NCBI GenBank assembly: GCA_951406725.2
Contig: OX597825.1
Location: 53,382,001-53,446,000, forward strand
DNA: 64,000 bases
Origin: Octopus vulgaris
Taxonomy: Eukaryota
Direction: 5' to 3'
The stretch's first letter is position 1, and the number at the start of each line of letters is the position of its first letter. A program made the translations under genes and the position numbers. The notes under the pieces are model-generated. The model saw only the letters and a program-made list of their open reading frames with translations, was not told where the DNA came from and made no database searches. Below are positions 13,471 through 27,141 of this stretch, one piece after another.

Positions 13471-14164
13471 TAAGCTTCCACGTACAAATATATCTATACA
13501 TATAAATTTGGTATGGGTGATTCTTTATTGTCTTGGGATTTACGGTCAAACACCTGGGGGGTGATTGCGCGAAAAATTACACAGATGTGTAGAATGATCC
13601 CGTGGTGTTCCTGGGTTTTGTATTCTTTTCATCGCTGAAAAAATAAATCAAACAGCGTTTCAACTCTGTGTGAATATATGTGTGTGTATGTAAAACGGGG
13701 GCTGTGTGAATGTGTGTGTGTGAGTGCGCGCGCAATGGAAGTGGGATTTTTTTGTGAAGTCTTTCTTTGTAGTGTTTCAGTTGTTTATTTCAGTTTTTGA
13801 TGAGTTTTTTCTTTTGGTTTTTAAATTTTGTGTAATATTTCGCACTGAGTTTGAAGTATTTAATGTTCTTCAGTTATTTATTCATTTTTTTGTTTTTTGA
13901 CCTTTGAAAATTTAAAGGATATTTGACCTAATTTTTTTATTTCTTTTAATTCTTGTATCATTTTTTGTGTTTGTCTCTGTTGTTTTGCATCGTTATGTTT
14001 TGCATTTTTGTTCGCTTACTATTTGGGTTTATTTTTTCTTTTTGTTGGTCAGTTATTTTTAGCGTTTTGATAGAAAAAGTCATTCTAAAATTGTTTTTTA
14101 ACGTAATCGTTCCCAAGCAAGTCGAATGCTTACACAGAGCAGGTTTTACAGCCACATCATCTAA

Positions 14165-14197
14165 ACCGACCGGGTGAAACCGAGCTTAGCTGCTAGT
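14165..14197 (+). mobile_element. Helitron-like 3' terminus
   Basis: GC-rich hairpin-like ccgggtgaaaccgagc followed by gCTAGt. Confidence 0.45.
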
Positions 14198-14365
14198 TCA
14201 TACCTATAAATATGAATTCATATATACGTGTGTGTGGGGGGGGATAGAAGTTGTAAATATGTATGTATGTAGGCAGGCGCGTGTAAAGATATCCGAGGTT
14301 CTCGTTTCCTTCATAGTATGTAAAACCTAAAATTATTTAAGTAAAATCATTTCCTTAGGAGACCC

Positions 14366-14424
<59 letters not shown>

Positions 14425-15658
14425 GCTGTTATTCAATTAGTTTTGTTCATCAGAATGGCTCTGACTATTTTTCTTCTCTTCCAGTTTTGATTCACGATAT
14501 AACAAGCGTTTTCAGCGCCAAGGCTCAAAACACATTTATTTTTCTATCTGTTGTTACGAAATCAATTGTTTTGGGTTTGAAATGTGCTAGTTTCGCACCT
14601 ATCTTTGATATATTTATTCATTGACAAAAGAAAGCACTGTTTTACATTGTAAATATGACACTGGTTGTGTATAATATGCTTAGCTATGATTCACATCTCA
14701 AGTAAATTACCGGAGCAAACTAGCTTATCTCTTTTGCTATATCGATGATTGCAATGTACAATATGTACAACGTATATTTTAGACAGTTTTGTGAGATTCA
14801 AATGATATTTCTAGCAATTTAAAGAACAACACAGAGGCTAACTCTCTTACTCTCTCACTCCATTCCTAATGGAATGGGCATTCTTAGGCTCTAGTAAACA
14901 GTTATGCAGCAGACCTATCAGCGAAGATCAAAAGTTAATTGCTAGGATGTAGCCGTTTTCAGGTCCCAGCGTAACATCTTCAAAAGATCAATTCTAGTAG
15001 GAACTGCTTTGAAAACACTAAATATATTACTGTTGCACCACTAAATCACAAACACACGCAAAATTTCAGACTTTTATGGTGTTCGCAAAGCTTTCACAAT
15101 GGCATACATTTTGCATGTCAATGACAATCTAGCCAAAAGTACTTTTTTATTTAATAAAGGTGTTGACCTTGTCATAGATATTGACCAAACAAACGTGAAC
15201 CATTCGTTGTTGTGTAGACAACATTTCTTAAGTTGAGAACTATTATTTATGGAAGGTAGATATCGAAGAAGAATACAAAGTGATCACTCAAAAATATAAT
15301 GAAGATGATTTTATCCAGCGTATGTACGATGGTTTTAAACTCTGAAAGAAACAAATTTGAGATATAACTATACGTAGCTTATTTCGTTTTCGTCTTAACT
15401 ATGTCTCATAATTCTATAGCTAATAAACAATTCTTAATTCTGATAAATAGTGGCTTTTGTTTTTGTTTGTTTGTTTTCTTTTTGTTTTCATTATGATTAA
15501 AATTTTCGCAATAATTCTGTCACAAATCGCTAGTGTTTACTATTTTCTGTAACGTAATTTGTAAAGTCAATAATTTTTGTTGCTACCACCTACGTGCTTG
15601 CCCGTATATTTTTGTGTATGTATATATATATGTGTGTATGTGTGTGTGTAAATAAGTA

Positions 15659-15734
<76 letters not shown>

Positions 15735-16164
15735 TACATATTTAAATATATAGATACATACTTAAAAATAGAAAAGATATTGTAAACTTAATACTTTTTG
15801 CTGTAGTGAAGAGGCGATTGAATATACGAGCGATATACTTCAGACCTTCCCCACAGAGTTCTCTACATGAAACTGGCCAAGACAAAACAATACCATTACG
15901 TATATTGCCGTGTTGCAAATGTAAGGAATTCTACAATTGAAGTATATCAGATAAGATAATCCAATGTATTTACTTTCTATGCTAATGATTCCTCTGTCAA
16001 AAGTCACCTCTGCAAATTGCACACGAAAGTCATCCAGGTTTTCATTGAACATGCAAAATGTTATATTGGAAACTTGAGGATAAAAGAAGCTATTATAATT
16101 GGTATTATTAATTTTTGATAACTTGTATTGTTTTGTCTTTAGAAATATAATTATTGAGATTGAT

Positions 16165-16345
16165 ATATATATTTTTGTCTTTTTCTCTCCTTGTTTCTCT
16201 ACTTGTTTTCTCTGTGTCCCTTTCTGTAGAAGAGCGTAGGCTCGAAACTTAAAATACTTCTTCTATTCCTGAGCGTTATACTAATACATCTGTTTGTTAT
16301 GTACACCACATGTCTTCGTCTTTTGCTTTTTTCGTAAACTCTTCC

Positions 16346-16347
<2 letters not shown>
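16165..16347 (+). mobile_element. Short PLE-derived repeat with hammerhead-like motif (CTGTAGA variant)
   Basis: ttt CTGTAGA a gagc gtag gctc GAAA ct TA aaa; ends in (TA)n. Homologous to 62275-62458. Confidence 0.6.
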
Positions 16348-16382
<35 letters not shown>

Positions 16383-16817
16383 GTCTGTTTGCGTATATGT
16401 ATATATGTTCATATGTATATGTGTACTTATATATATATATATGTATATACATTTATTTAATTCATCCTTAGTCGAAAGACACCTGTTATGTCCTGTTATT
16501 TGTATTTGTGTAACGTTTGTCTGTTTTTTTTCCGTCTTTATTTTCGTATACATTCGCTGCTTTTTTCCAAGGAATGTAATACTCTTAGCTTATTTTTTGC
16601 TTTGGGCTGGCCAGATTGGAGCAATCTCGAGTATAACAAGCCGAAATTGAAAAGAAAATCTGGAATTCGACTGCGGATAGAAAACTCAGAATGATCCGTC
16701 CTTGTTTTCTTTGTATCATCTTTCTGGATATTTTGTTATCCCTTTTTTGTTTCACCTAACTGTCTGGATGTGCTGCGTTCTTTTCCTAGTTTTTGTATTT
16801 TATATATATATATATAT

Positions 16818-16910
<93 letters not shown>

Positions 16911-18203
16911 AACAATGCTTCTCGAAAAGTAGACTACTCTACTATATGTACGTATATGAAGGTATGGATATATCAGTAGAGATCAATATGTATTTAAATA
17001 TAAGTATGTATCTTTGCATCTATATCGTATTCTATTTATTTATACTTATCAGAAGAGTATGCATGTGTGTGTTTAAAAATAGTACGCAGTCTCACGCGTT
17101 TCTATGTGTATCATAGCATAATGCAATGTCCTTATCCAAAAGGCTTCTCCCGATGGCGCAGTCCAATTAACTTAAAGTAGAAGTTGCAAGTTAGAAATAT
17201 GTAAATAAAGGACTGAAAAGCAAAGCAGCAACAGCAACGGTAGCAATCACGAAAAACAGTAAATACAAATTTGTTTTGAATCCGTAACAAATAAGCAGTT
17301 ATGGCATTAAATTTTTTCTGAAAATGTATCTTGTGGTCACATACATTGTTGACCTATAAACTTATTCTATTTTCTGAAGTACTTATAACAGACATTTGCT
17401 GAGCTTGAAGTCTGATCTCCACTGGCTCTCTATAACTCTGTTATTTAAATTCACCAAAAGAAAAGGAGAAACAAAACGGATATCTAACAGGTAGTTTTAC
17501 CTACAAATTAAAAATATCCATTGTTTTTAATAATTATAGGTGTAACTATCTGTGTACACACACACACTTGTGTGTGTGTGGGAGTGTGTGCATATATACA
17601 TAAATACACATGCATACGCGCGCACACATACATATATTATATCTTCTAAACAAAGTTGGGAGCGCTGAATGTGTCGGTAGTATACAGACAAGAAAGTAAA
17701 TATCGAAGATATAACTCTGAAAACAGCAGAGAAAGAGTAATTATTTACCTTTACAAGCTGGAAAATAGTTGCCAGCCGCTGACAACTTTTTTCCGTCTTC
17801 TAAGGGTAAATACCCAGTTTTTCTCTGTTGTTTTCGCATTTATCTGCGTTGGTAATTTATTTTCTCATCTCTAAAATATATATTTATATGTGTGTGTGTG
17901 TAAATAATAATAGCTTATAAGCTGAATGCTTATAAGGAATCATTGTGCATTGACTAAGGTAAATAGTTTAATATTGGGGTATATAAGCCCTCAACAGAAA
18001 AGAAAAGAAAATAGAGCTTGCTTCACACACGGGACTCCTGCATGTATTCGGGACAAGAGTGCTGAGTTTACGCTAACGTACACTTGATACATTCCCCTCT
18101 GATTTACGAACTATAGTTTCATAGTGTTGTTTTGTGCAAACAAACATTCCATGTGCGTTTTCAACGATTATCTGGTAAGTAGTGTCAAATTTTACAACTT
18201 CAA

Positions 18204-18251
<48 letters not shown>

Positions 18252-19074
18252 TAATGATAATATTTTATAAGCTTAAAGCTTATAAGTGATCACCGTTCAT
18301 TGACTAAGGTAAGTAGTCTAATATTGGGTCATATAAGCGCTCGACGGAAAAAAGGGGGTTGCCGTACACACTCACACACATACGCATATGTATGTATGTG
18401 TGTATGTATGTATATATTTATATGTATGCATGCATGTACATATATATAGATATATACACAAACATACACACACAAACGCAAACACGCATGCACACACACC
18501 CACAAGCCACCCAAACACACACACACACATGTATATATATATATTAGTCTCGCAAAGGTCTATACAAACATTAATACCTGATAATTCACTCCATTTTCCA
18601 TTCTGAGTGGAGATTTAAGACACTGCAAGTAACGAAGGGAATAAAACTAAGCTTTGAACAAAAGAAATATAGCTTAAGATGCTACAGGTTTTGCAAATGG
18701 GGTTGAAATGCCAGCAGAGTTTAAGATGGAATTTCTAGCAAATTCACCGAACCGATTTATCATCACTTGGAATGGAGATAAGCCTGAAACCGAGGGAACT
18801 TTCCCGAATAACCACAAGAAACTTTCCGAAAGACTACGGATACCTTTGAGCACCACAAAGAGGGAGATGGAGAGGGAAGGAGGGAGGAGGAGTGAAATAG
18901 GGAGGGAGAGAGGAGAGAGGGGAGAGAGGAAAAGAGGGAGCGGGAGAGAGAACAAGAACCAGAGTGAGATAGAAAGAAAGAAAGACAGAAAGAAAGAAGA
19001 AAGGAAGAAAGAATGAAATAATGAAAGAAAGACAGAAAGAAAGGAAGAAAGAAGAAAGAGAGAGAAAGAATCGT

Positions 19075-19370
19075 CTCAGTTAAAGAAATTTACGGTACAA
19101 AACTGGCAACGCTCGACGAATTTAAGGCGGCCATTGAACGAGAATGTACACAAACAAAACAAAATATTTGTATATCTTTGCGATATCATTGCTCTGTGCT
19201 GTACCCAGCGCCCCGACAAGAAGGATAACCAGTTCCAAAACAGGTTCCATAGAAAAGATTAATTCTGTCTGTAGATACTATAAAATTTCGACGATAAAAT
19301 GTGTGTTATTAAACACTTAATTATGATTCATAATCAGTATGAGTAGAATTTTTTTGTGTATACAGATACA
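19075..19370 (+). mobile_element. Tc1/mariner-superfamily 3' fragment
   Basis: Translates to LKEIYGTKLATLDEFKAAIERECTQ-like transposase C-terminus (frameshifted). Confidence 0.55.
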
Positions 19371-19382
19371 TTCATTTCTGTC

Positions 19383-19430
<48 letters not shown>

Positions 19431-19555
19431 CGGATATGTGGTGTGCGTATGTACGTATGTATGTATATATATATATGTATATACGTAGGTATTTGTGTAT
19501 TTATGTATGCATGTATGTAGGTGTATGTATATGTATATGTGTGTCTACATATGTA

Positions 19556-19592
<37 letters not shown>

Positions 19593-19604
19593 GTGTAAAT
19601 ATAT

Positions 19605-19651
<47 letters not shown>

Positions 19652-21458
19652 AGAGATAGGTAGATGAATATGGATTTTGATAGGTAAAAAGATTCATACA
19701 TGGATGGACAGATGAGAACATGTAACACAAATTCCATGAGTAAGATTATGTGGCAAGGAAAACAAGTGAAAATTTGTGATTGAAAATAAGTCAAAATATG
19801 TACTGGAAATGCAACCGCCAATGAAATGTACAATTGAAATAAATACAACACTGAATGTAACGTAAAGAAGTCTTAGGTTTGTGCTTTATCAATGAGGAGA
19901 AAGATTATCAAACCGAACAGAAAATGGAGAAAACAATTTGTAATGAACCTACGATGCTTATTTACATTGCAAGTATAATGTAATATTTATGTTTGTATGT
20001 ATGCATGTATTAATGTATATATACACACACACAGAGACATATACATATTTACACACACATACACACACACACCTATGTATATATACACATAAATTGTATG
20101 CCTTCATATATATATATATATATATATATACCTGTTTTAACGTGTGTATATAGGTGTAGTCAAATATTGTTATATATATATATATATTATATGATCGAAC
20201 ACACGCGTCGTCGTCTTCTCCAAGTTAGATATTTTTATATATATACATTTACACACACAAACACACACATACACACACACACATACACACACACACACAC
20301 ACAAACAAACAAACACACACATATATATATATGCCTGGAATTATGTAGATGTCTATCTGAGAATGCATTACTTAGTATATTTCAAAAAACCATTTGCAGA
20401 TTAATAATGCAGCTTTGCGAAAGGCGTCGCATTAATCATATTCTTTCCTTATTTAGAAATGAAGCCCACGATGTTCTAGTGAGGAAGGACACAGTATATT
20501 TATGAAGTTTACGTCTTCTACAAAGAAATAGTAATATATGCAAAATTCTAAATCTCTGAGTAAATGTCTTTAGATTCTAATTTATCAATGCTTGCTTAGT
20601 TTTTCTTTCTTTATTGCCAAATAAAATGTTAGTGTTGAATTATTCACCACGTCTCACATCCCTTTGGTAGTTTTATATTGACAGTTTGTAGAAAGTATAG
20701 GAACAAATAATAATAAAAAATATTTGTAAATAGATTAGAGGAGACAAGAAAGGACATGGAAGCATTCTTGCCATTTCCCAGTTGCCTCTGTAAGTTCCTA
20801 TCTAAACTCAGATACAAACAATTCTTTTCAAAGACCACAAACACCAATGGTTTCAGAAGCAATTGGATGAAAAGTAAGACTTGTAGATAATAATGATTAT
20901 ATAGAAAGAGAAATTTGATCTGCTGATAACGTAGCAGAGCATGCCAAACAGAAATAATTAACGACATACTTTGTAACACAAACATTCACCTCAGTAATAT
21001 AATAATTCAGACAGTCTATTCTCTAATCGAAGGGCAAATTACCATACCATCAGGTCTTTTGCATTCAGTGTAAAAGAAACCAACCAGTTGTGGTATTGGT
21101 ATAAAGTGACACTAATATCACTAATATATTAAATGAGGAAAATATAGGTTTCACTACCAAACATCTCCAGAATTTTGAGACAATATCGTTTAATGGGTTA
21201 CTATAACATCACCAAGATGATATAATTACAGCATGAATATATATATATATATATTTGAGTAGTTGAATGAATTATCTTATTAAGGATAATTCGAAAGATA
21301 ACCGATACCTGGGTAGCAAATTCACATAAAAGAACACGGTTGAAGCTACGTCCCTAGGGCATAGACTACGTGTCTTCGTGCGGAAATTTGTATGTTTATT
21401 TTAAAATTATAAGTATATGAAAGAATGGAGTTGAACGACTAGTTAACAAATATCCTTT

Positions 21459-21543
21459 ATTCTCGACATATGTTTCGAAGGCTGCATATTCCTAATTCCG
21501 AAGGAATAAGGAGTACATTATGCAGATTTCTCATCAGGAAAAT
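21459..21543 (-). ncRNA. Type I hammerhead ribozyme
   Basis: attttc CTGATGA gaaatctgcata..tatgcagccttc GAAA catatg TC gagaat. Confidence 0.75.
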
Positions 21544-22207
21544 CAAGGAATTTATGTCGACATCAAAATGCACAAAAACTTTTAGCTGACCGCTCTCAAG
21601 GAGCCCATGGCGATAATGAGTGTCTCTTTATAAAGAGTGACGTCAGAGTGGCTGGATGTAGAAGAATCTAGAAGGTTCTAAAGTTCAAGGGTTCAAACGA
21701 AGTAGGAGTAGGGAGGCATAAGAATAGGAAGGTGAGAAAGTGCAGGTTAAAAGAATGGTGGGTTTAAATGATTTCTTTTATGAATGAGTGTCTGTGTGTG
21801 TGACTGTATATAACTGTCTTAATGTGTGTATGTGTGTGTCTGAATGCGTGATTGTTTTTGTGGATGGGTAGATGTCAGAAAACTGACAGCTGTGAGGTGA
21901 GAGGTCTGTGTCTGTGTGTTCGATTATGTTTACTGTAGAGAAAGAAAAGTAGATAGCGAAAGGGAGAAGGAATCGGGCGAGGTGAGAAGCAACGCAAGAA
22001 TGGATAGTAGTAATTGGGAACATAAGAAAATCTTTTTGACTACTGGGGTGAAATATAGCAAAAATCTTTTTTGGAAATCGAGGGGTTATCTATATAAGTC
22101 ACTATTTATATGAGTGAAAGGTGTGTCTTTTCCAGTGTAAACACCTGTAGGATCTTTCGACGATTATATTTATTAAAGGGACTTTTGATGTAGACATAAG
22201 TTCCTTG

Positions 22208-22292
22208 ATTTTCCTGATGAGAAATCTGCATAATGTACTCCTTCTTCCTTCGGAATTAGGAATATGCAGCCTTCGAAACATATGTCGAGAAT
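22208..22292 (+). ncRNA. Type I hammerhead ribozyme
   Basis: attttc CTGATGA(22214-20) gaaatctgcata..tatgcagccttc GAAA(22275-78) catatg TC gagaat. Stem I extends via tcctt/aagga. Confidence 0.75.
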
Positions 22293-22343
22293 AAAGGATA
22301 TTTGTTAACTATTCGTTCAACTCCATTCTTTCAAATACTTATA

Positions 22344-22384
<41 letters not shown>

Positions 22385-23267
22385 CATAACATACATACAT
22401 TACATACATAACACACATACATCTATATAGGTATGTGTGTGTGTGTGTGTGTGTGCGTGTAAATATGTTTATATGTATGTACTAACTGTTGGTCCAGGCG
22501 TTGCTCATGTTTTATCATGACCCCCTTAGCAATATACTTAGGAAAAGACTTATTTAAACCTTATATTGATCTCTTTTCTTTTCCGCTGTATGCCCTTTTT
22601 TATTTGACATTCTAAATATTGCCAACCACCCTCGTCCTTACTCCTTCTAGTCATCACTTCTTCTCCATCAGCCATTCTCTTTCTAGCAGATCTGAGACAT
22701 ATCCTTTTATGTAGATAAAACCAGATATATGGTCTTAGAAAAATAAGGGTCGGGGAAAGTATCTAACATTAATAAATTTATCACTGTCAACTGGAACTTA
22801 ACTGTCAACTCCCAATGGATTTAACTCGAAAGGGTTGTAGACTATAGGCTGCAATGAATCTTATAAATAAAATAAAGATAAATATAAATTAAATATCTCA
22901 CTATTCCCTTTTATTGACCCCTCCCTCCACTGTATCCTCTGTACTATTTAAATTATACTAGGCTTTAGATATGTATTTTTTCCTAAATTCATTCTGCCAC
23001 AAACATAGCAAAGGGAAACAATGTACTTATTTTGGTGTCTGGTACTAATATAAATTGTGCTAAAAAACGTTTATCCTTATTATTGGAAATCCATATGGTC
23101 GTCTGTTCTGAGGACAGCAGTTTCTTTCAATATGTGTTCATGTGTGGGAGCCTATCGTGTGTGTGCGAGTGTGCAAACGCTTGTGTTTAACGTGTTCAAG
23201 TGGTGTGTGCATGATTGTGTGTGTGTGTGTGCGTGTATGTGTGTATGTTCCTATAGTATGCATGCAG

Positions 23268-23307
<40 letters not shown>

Positions 23308-24099
23308 TGCAGAAATGACGTACTCCAATTGAATAAAATGTGATGTAATCTAATGGTAGAAAGAAATCCGTGAATCAGGTACTCCAAAAAAAGTGGGAAG
23401 GACGGGGCCCATCCGTGTCAAAGTGCACTAAATAGTCATTTCAAAGAGTAAACAATTAAGAAGCAGAGAAAAAACGAGCGTGAGGACGTGCACAAACAAT
23501 ATATTAATTTGACACTAGGTGAAAGGAGAGAGGTGTTAACGTTTCGAGCATAGCTATTCACCGGGAAGAGGAAATTCCAAAGAGAAAGGAGGAAAAATAA
23601 AGAAAAGTCACCAACGATCCACGTGCGGTTACATTCCTGAAGTGACCCGAAGTGGAAAGAGAAAGTCGCTTTCGGGACATTATGTTCACTATGTGCATGG
23701 GTGCGTGTCTGAGTGTGTGAGTTAGCGCGTATGTGCGGTTGTAACTGCGTGTGTTTGTGAGGTAACATGCATGCGTTTGGTACTAAATGAGTGTGTGTGG
23801 TAGCGTATGTTGGTGTGGTTGCGTGTGTGGTGTGTGTGGTAGTAACTATCTGAGTCGTCTGTGTGTGTGTGTGTGTGTGTGGTAGGATCTGTCTGAGTGT
23901 GTTAGTGTTGTTGCGTCAGTAGTATATAGTAACTCAAGTAAAAGGTGTTTGAATGGGTGAGTGTAGCTGTGTGCGTGTTTTAGCATGTGTGCGTAGACGA
24001 AGCGGGAATGTTTGTGTGTGCACATGCTTATGGGTGCGTATTTGTGCCTCTGTGCATCACTCTGAATGGTCATATTCGTATATATATATATATATATAT

Positions 24100-25002
24100 G
24101 AAGCCAAGCTTGATTTAGAGAGTGGTACCTACAGACCATTCCCCAAACCGAATGATAGGTTATCATATATTAATACAGCCTCATGCCACCCACCCATAGT
24201 GTTTAAAAACTTAATAAAATGTATGAGAAAAGGGATTTCGATCTCATCTTCAAATAAAGATATTTTCCACGCAGCGGCTCCCATTTACAATGAGGCACTA
24301 GCGGCCAGCAGGTTCAAGGACCATATAGTATATACACCATGATCGAGCATCTATGAAAAGAAATGCCACTGCAAGACCTTATGGCTCACTCTCCAATTCT
24401 CTCTAAACGTCCGGACATACATAGGTAAGATTTTTCTTAGGTTGGTTGATAAGCATTTCACATGATCACACAAATATAGAAATATCTTTAACATTATATA
24501 ATTTACGGGTGTCTTTCAGATGCGCTCCCAATGTTAAAAAAAATACTTAGCACTCCTAAACCACGGACAGAGTCAGGTTGTTCATGCAGGATTACAAATG
24601 AATGTCCAGTAAACTACCAATGTAACACCGAGGCTACAGTGTACGAAGCAAAGGTAGCCTCAAACAGTTGCAGCACAAATATGAGTAACATCAATACCAA
24701 CACAGGGGCACACACTAAAATGTATGTCGGATCATGTGAATCCAAATTTCAAATTCACCTGAACAACCACAAAGACGCAACACAACGACACTCGCAGCAT
24801 ACGTATGACGCCAAAAGGACGATCATATACCATTTAGCATGAGGTGAAAATTACTAGAAAATTGTGGACCCTATCAAAATGGAACAAAACTATGTAAATC
24901 GTGCATGGCAAAAAAATATATAATCATTATAAAATCACATAAGCCAGGAGGCTACCTGAACTCCAGGACGGAAGCAGTTGGGAGTTGCCCATTCCGAAAT
25001 AT

Positions 25003-25006
<4 letters not shown>
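24100..25006 (+). mobile_element. Penelope-like element ORF 3' fragment: RT thumb, Cys linker and GIY-YIG endonuclease (Neptune-like), pseudogenised
   Basis: LDLESGTYRPFPKPNDRLSYINTASCHPP; CSCRITNECPVNYQC zinc-finger-like linker; VYEAKV..MYVGSCESKF..NNHK GIY-YIG motif. Flanked by (TA)n. Confidence 0.85.
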
Positions 25007-25037
<31 letters not shown>

Positions 25038-25155
25038 AATCAAGGAACGGCCATAATAGGCCATTCACCCACTAGAAATAACAGCCAAAAGCTTTAACCG
25101 CAAAATAACATCAATTCCGTAAACCAGGAGAAAATTAAAAAACATTTACCCTGTA

Positions 25156-25262
25156 ATTTCTTAGACGATGCACCGTTTCATCTACCGTTTAATGGTAAAC
25201 TAACCTGATTAAATTAAATCAAGCCAATCTACCATATGCCCTTAGATTCATCAGTAAGAAAT
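25156..25262 (-). ncRNA. Type I hammerhead ribozyme, unit 1
   Basis: atttctta CTGATGA atcta..tagat GAAA cggtgcatcg TC taagaaat. Perfect 8-bp stem I. Confidence 0.88.
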
Positions 25263-25645
25263 AGCCAAGTCGGAACAGATATTTTTCACGAGGCATTCCT
25301 CTTGCTACCTCGGCAATATCTGACCTAAAATTTTCAAATCGTCGCACTCGCGCCAAATTTATCGGCAGCAAATAAATATAAGCCTCCGATTCCATTACGG
25401 AATTAACCAGAAAATTCATAATTAATCAATATAGGGTGCCAAAAAAATTTTGTAGAATTCTTTTGCCACCAGCGGCCTAGTGGGAAAAAATTAAATAGTC
25501 ATAAACCATTTTTAAGTTCAACATCACAATCAAGGAACGGCCATAATAGGCCATTCACCCACTAGAAATAACAGCCAAAAGCTTTAACCGCAAAATAACA
25601 TCAATTCCGTAAACCAGGAGAAAATTAAAAAATATTTACCCTGTA

Positions 25646-25752
25646 ATTTCTTAGACGATGCACCGTTTCATCTACCGTTTAATGGTAAACTAACCTGATT
25701 AAATTAAATCAAGCCAATCTACCATAGGCCCTTAGATTCATCAGTAAGAAAT
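25646..25752 (-). ncRNA. Type I hammerhead ribozyme, unit 2
   Basis: Same motif, +490. Confidence 0.88.
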
Positions 25753-26135
25753 AGCCAAGTCGGAACAGATATTTTTCACGAGGCATTCCTCTTGCTACCT
25801 CGGCAATATCTGACCTAAAATTTTCAAATCGTCGCACTCGCGCCAAATTTATCGGCAGCAAATAAATATAAGCCTCCGATTCCATTACGGAATTAACCAG
25901 AAAATTCATAATTAATCAATATAGGGTGCCAAAAAAATTTTGTAGAATTCTTTTGCCACCAGCGGCCTAGTGGGAAAAAATTAAATAGTCATAAACCATT
26001 TTTAAGTTCAACATCACAATCAAGGAACGGCCATAATAGGCCATTCACCCACTAGAAATAACAGCCAAAAGCTTTAACCGCAAAATAACATCAATTCCGT
26101 AAACCAGGAGAAAATTAAAAAACATTTACCCTGTA

Positions 26136-26242
26136 ATTTCTTAGACGATGCACCGTTTCATCTACCGTTTAATGGTAAACTAACCTGATTAAATTAAATC
26201 AAGCCAATCTACCATAGGCCCTTAGATTCATCAGTAAGAAAT
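26136..26242 (-). ncRNA. Type I hammerhead ribozyme, unit 3
   Basis: Same motif, +980. Confidence 0.88.
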
Positions 26243-26626
26243 AGCCAAGTCGGAACAGATATTTTTCACGAGGCATTCCTCTTGCTACCTCGGCAATATC
26301 TGACCTAAAATTTTCAAATCGTCGCACTCGCGCCAAATTTATCGGCAGCAAATAAATATAAGCCTCCGATTCCATTACGGAATTAACCAGAAAATTCATA
26401 ATTAATCAATATAGGGTGGCAAAAAAAAATTTTGTAGAATTCTTTGCCACCAGCGGCCTAGTGGGAAAAAATTAAATAGTCATAAACCATTTTTAAGTTC
26501 AACATCACAATCAAGGAACGGCCATAATAGGCCATTCACCCACTAGAAATAACAGCCAAAAGCTTTAACCGCAAAATAACATCAATTCCGTAAACCAGGA
26601 GAAAATTAAAAAACATTTACCCTGTA

Positions 26627-26733
26627 ATTTCTTAGACGATGCACCGTTTCATCTACCGTTTAATGGTAAACTAACCTGATTAAATTAAATCAAGCCAATC
26701 TACCATAGGCCCTTAGATTCATCAGTAAGAAAT
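26627..26733 (-). ncRNA. Type I hammerhead ribozyme, unit 4
   Basis: Same motif, +1471. Confidence 0.88.
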
Positions 26734-27141
26734 AGCCAAGTCGGAACAGATATTTTTCACGAGGCATTCCTCTTGCTACCTCGGCAATATCTGACCTAAA
26801 ATTTTCAAATCGTCGCACTCGCGCCAAATTTATCGGCAGCAAATAAATATAAGCCTCCGATTCCATTACGGAATTAACCAGAAAATTCATAATTAATCAA
26901 TATAGGGTGGCAAAAAAAAAATTTGTAGAATTCTTTGCCACCAGCGGCCTAGTGCGAAAAAATTAAATAGTCATAAACCATTTTTAAGTTCAACATCACA
27001 ATCAAGGAACGGCCATAATAGGCCATTCACCCACTAGAAAAAACAGCCAAAAGCGAGTGCGACGATTTGAAAATTTTAGGTCAGATATTGCCGAGGTAGC
27101 AAGAGGAATGCCTCGTGAAAAATATCTGTTCCGACTTGGCT

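Larger units (their letters stand above)
21255..22346. mobile_element. Penelope-like 3' fragment plus inverted pLTR, between two (TA)n tracts
   Basis: 22183-22346 is the reverse complement of ~21404-21568. Homologous to 6597-7154, with an HHR in both arms. Confidence 0.8.

Noticed and set aside
18708-19016. 102-aa ORF
   Set aside because: The second half is a purine-rich microsatellite and the first half is unrecognisable.
25219-26890. Four identical 66-aa ORFs (MNFLVNSVMESEAY...)
   Set aside because: They are a by-product of the tandem repeat, have no recognisable domain and overlap the ribozyme. A peptide cannot be excluded but nothing supports it.
25033-27054. CRISPR array or ordinary satellite
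   Set aside because: There are no unique spacers and the context is eukaryotic. The HHR, terminal inversion and (TA)n flanks point to a retro-element rather than a satellite.
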